Below, in pieces: positions 61,806 through 64,000 of a stretch of 64,000 nt of DNA (its first letter is position 1; every line of letters begins with the position of its first letter). The DNA lies in the NCBI GenBank assembly GCA_950097015.1, contig CATNEN010000008.1:1364001-1428000 (forward strand), written 5' to 3'. The translations under genes and the position numbers were made by a program. Source of the stretch: Macrostomum hystrix (Eukaryota > Animalia > Platyhelminthes). A model generated the notes under the pieces. The model had not been told where the DNA came from. It saw only the letters and a list, made by a program, of their open reading frames with translations, and did not search any database.

Positions 61806-62535
61806 GGGTGAGATGAGACTTGACGGATTGAGATGGGACTGGATGGGTTGAGATGAGACTGGATGGGGTGAGATGAGACTGGATGGGGTGAGATGAGACT
61901 GGATGGGGTGAGATGGGACTGGATGGGGTGAGATGGGACTGGATGGGTTGAGATGAGACTGGATGGGGTGAGATGAGACTGGATGGGGTGAGATGAGACT
62001 GGATGGGGTGAGATGGGACTGGATGGGGTGAGATGAGACTGGATGGGTTAAGATGGGACTGGATAGGTTAGATGGGACTGGATTGGGAAGATATGGGACT
62101 GGAGGGGAAGATATGGAACTGGATGGGGCGAGATGAGACTGGATGGGGTGAGATGAGATTGGATGGGGTGAGATGAGACTGGATGGGTTGAAATGGGACT
62201 GGGGGGAAGAGATGGGACTGGATGGGGTGAGATGAGACTGGATGGGTTGAGATGGGACTGGATAGGTTAGATGGGACTGGATGGGGTTAGATGAGACTGG
62301 ATGGGTTGAGATGAGACTGGATAGGTTAGATGGGACTGGATGGGGTGAGATGAGACTGGTTGGGCTGAGATGGGACTGGATAGATTAGATGGGACTGGAT
62401 GGGGTGAGATGAGACTGGATTGGGAAGATATGGGACTGGAAGGGAAGAGATGGAACTGGATGGGGTGAGATGAGACTGGATGGGGTGATATGGGACTGTA
62501 GGGGAAGCGATGGGACTGGAAGGGGAATAGATGGG
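61806..62535. repeat. 20-bp minisatellite
   Basis: Unit gagatgagactggatggggt. Confidence 0.93.
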
Positions 62536-63064
62536 ACTGGGGAATACATTACAGCGAAAGCTGACAAGCAGGTATGGATGGCAAATAATGTTTGACACTT
62601 CGCTCCGGCCATAGCGGATGGCGGACTCTGATAATTAAAAGCATTCTCCCACTGTCCTCAATCGGAAGTTTGATCCCCAGTCGCACAACAAGTTGGAGTC
62701 AGAATCAGTCCTCGTCACACTCGAGTCAGAGTATTGAGAATTAGTTAAGAATTCTGCGTCGGGTCACGAACAGAACTCAGTTTTAATGTGGTGTCGCGCG
62801 TGTCCCAACACCATAGCTTTGAGAAGCAGCAATTCTATTATCTTTATTGTGTTATTATTAACAATTTTTATGAATATTTAAGATTCGCGCCATGGCAGTT
62901 AGAAATTTTTCCAGAATTGTCACGCACTGTAGATTTATTTTATTGTCTGCATTGTAGCTCCGATAGTAACCAAAATTTTGTCTGTTTAATAGCATTTTGA
63001 GAGTTTGAAATTTCGCAGATTTCTAATTTTGTCAGGCACTGATTTTTAATAATTTATTTTATGA

Positions 63065-64000
63065 ACATTTCTTATTGATCTCATGAGAATGAGAATGAGT
63101 GATTCAGTGTCATTTCTCACTGATCTCATGAGAATGAGAATGAGTGATTCAGTGTCATTTCTCATTGATCTCATGAGAATGAGTGATTCAGTGTCATTTC
63201 TCACTGATCTCATGAGAATGAGTGATTCAGCGTCATTTCTCACTGATCGCATGAGAATGAGTGATTCAGCGTCATTTCTCACTGATCTCATGAGAATGAG
63301 TGATTCAGTGTCATTTCTCACTGATCTCATGAGAATGAGTGATTCAGCGTCATTTCTCACTGATCTCATGAGAATGAGTGATTCAGTGTCATTTCTCACT
63401 GATCTCATGAGAATGAGTGATTCAGTGTCATTTCTCACTGATCTCATGAGAATGAGTGATTCAGTGTCATTTCTCATTGATCTCATGAGAATGAGTGATT
63501 CAGTGTCATTTCTCACTGATCTCATGAGAATGAGTGATTCAGTGTCATTTCTCACTGATCTCATGATAATGAGTGATTCAGTGTCATTTCTCACTGATCT
63601 CATGATAATGAGTGATTCAGCGTCATTTCTCACTGATCTCATGAGAATGAGTGATTCAGTGTCATTTCTCACTGATCTCATGATAATGAGTGATTCAGCG
63701 TCATTTCTCACTGATCTCATGAGAATGAGTGATTCAGTGTCATTTCTCACTGATCTCATGAGAATGAGTGATTCAGTGTCATTTCTCACTGATCTCATGA
63801 GAATGAGTGATTCAGTGTCATTTCTCACTGATCTCATGAGAATGAGTGATTCAGTGTCATTTCTCACTGATCTCATGAGAATGAGTGATTCAGTGTCATT
63901 TCTCATTGATCTCATGAGAATGAGTGATTCAGTGTCATTTCTCATTGATCTCATGAGAATGAGTGATTCAGTGTCATTTCTCATTGATCTCGTGAGATTT
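63065..64000. repeat. 39-bp minisatellite (runs off the window end)
   Basis: Unit tcatttctcactgatctcatgagaatgagtgattcagtg. Confidence 0.97.

Overview
Eukaryotic (metazoan) genomic DNA with GC-rich exons and introns/intergenic DNA packed with unrelated minisatellite arrays (about 26 arrays, roughly 19 kb or 30% of the window). This architecture resembles Macrostomum-type flatworm genomes, but that is inference only. Genes supported from the sequence: the last two exons of an outer-arm axonemal dynein heavy chain (DNAH5/8-like, +); a 7-EC protocadherin (+, four exons, 8113-23492); condensin I kleisin NCAPH/barren (-, four exons); then a tight co-oriented trio METTL13 - RPL21 - C14orf93/DUF4616-like (+). 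The most notable signal is six copies of a box C/D snoRNA carrying the U18/SNORD18 guide (TGGTCCGTGTT-T/A-CTGA, complementary to LSU rRNA AAACACGGACCA). One lies in METTL13 intron 2, four lie between the METTL13 stop and the RPL21 start (three as a 112-bp tandem), and one lies in the RPL21 intron. Together with unpaired splice acceptors just upstream of each ATG, this suggests an operon-like or nested transcription unit that also hosts snoRNAs. Mobile DNA includes a deleted IS630/Tc1-mariner element with about 100-bp TIRs, two MITEs with clear TSDs, a tRNA-derived SINE family and another dispersed repeat family. All long ORFs in the repeat arrays are artefacts. Exon coordinates were derived by hand and no searches were run.
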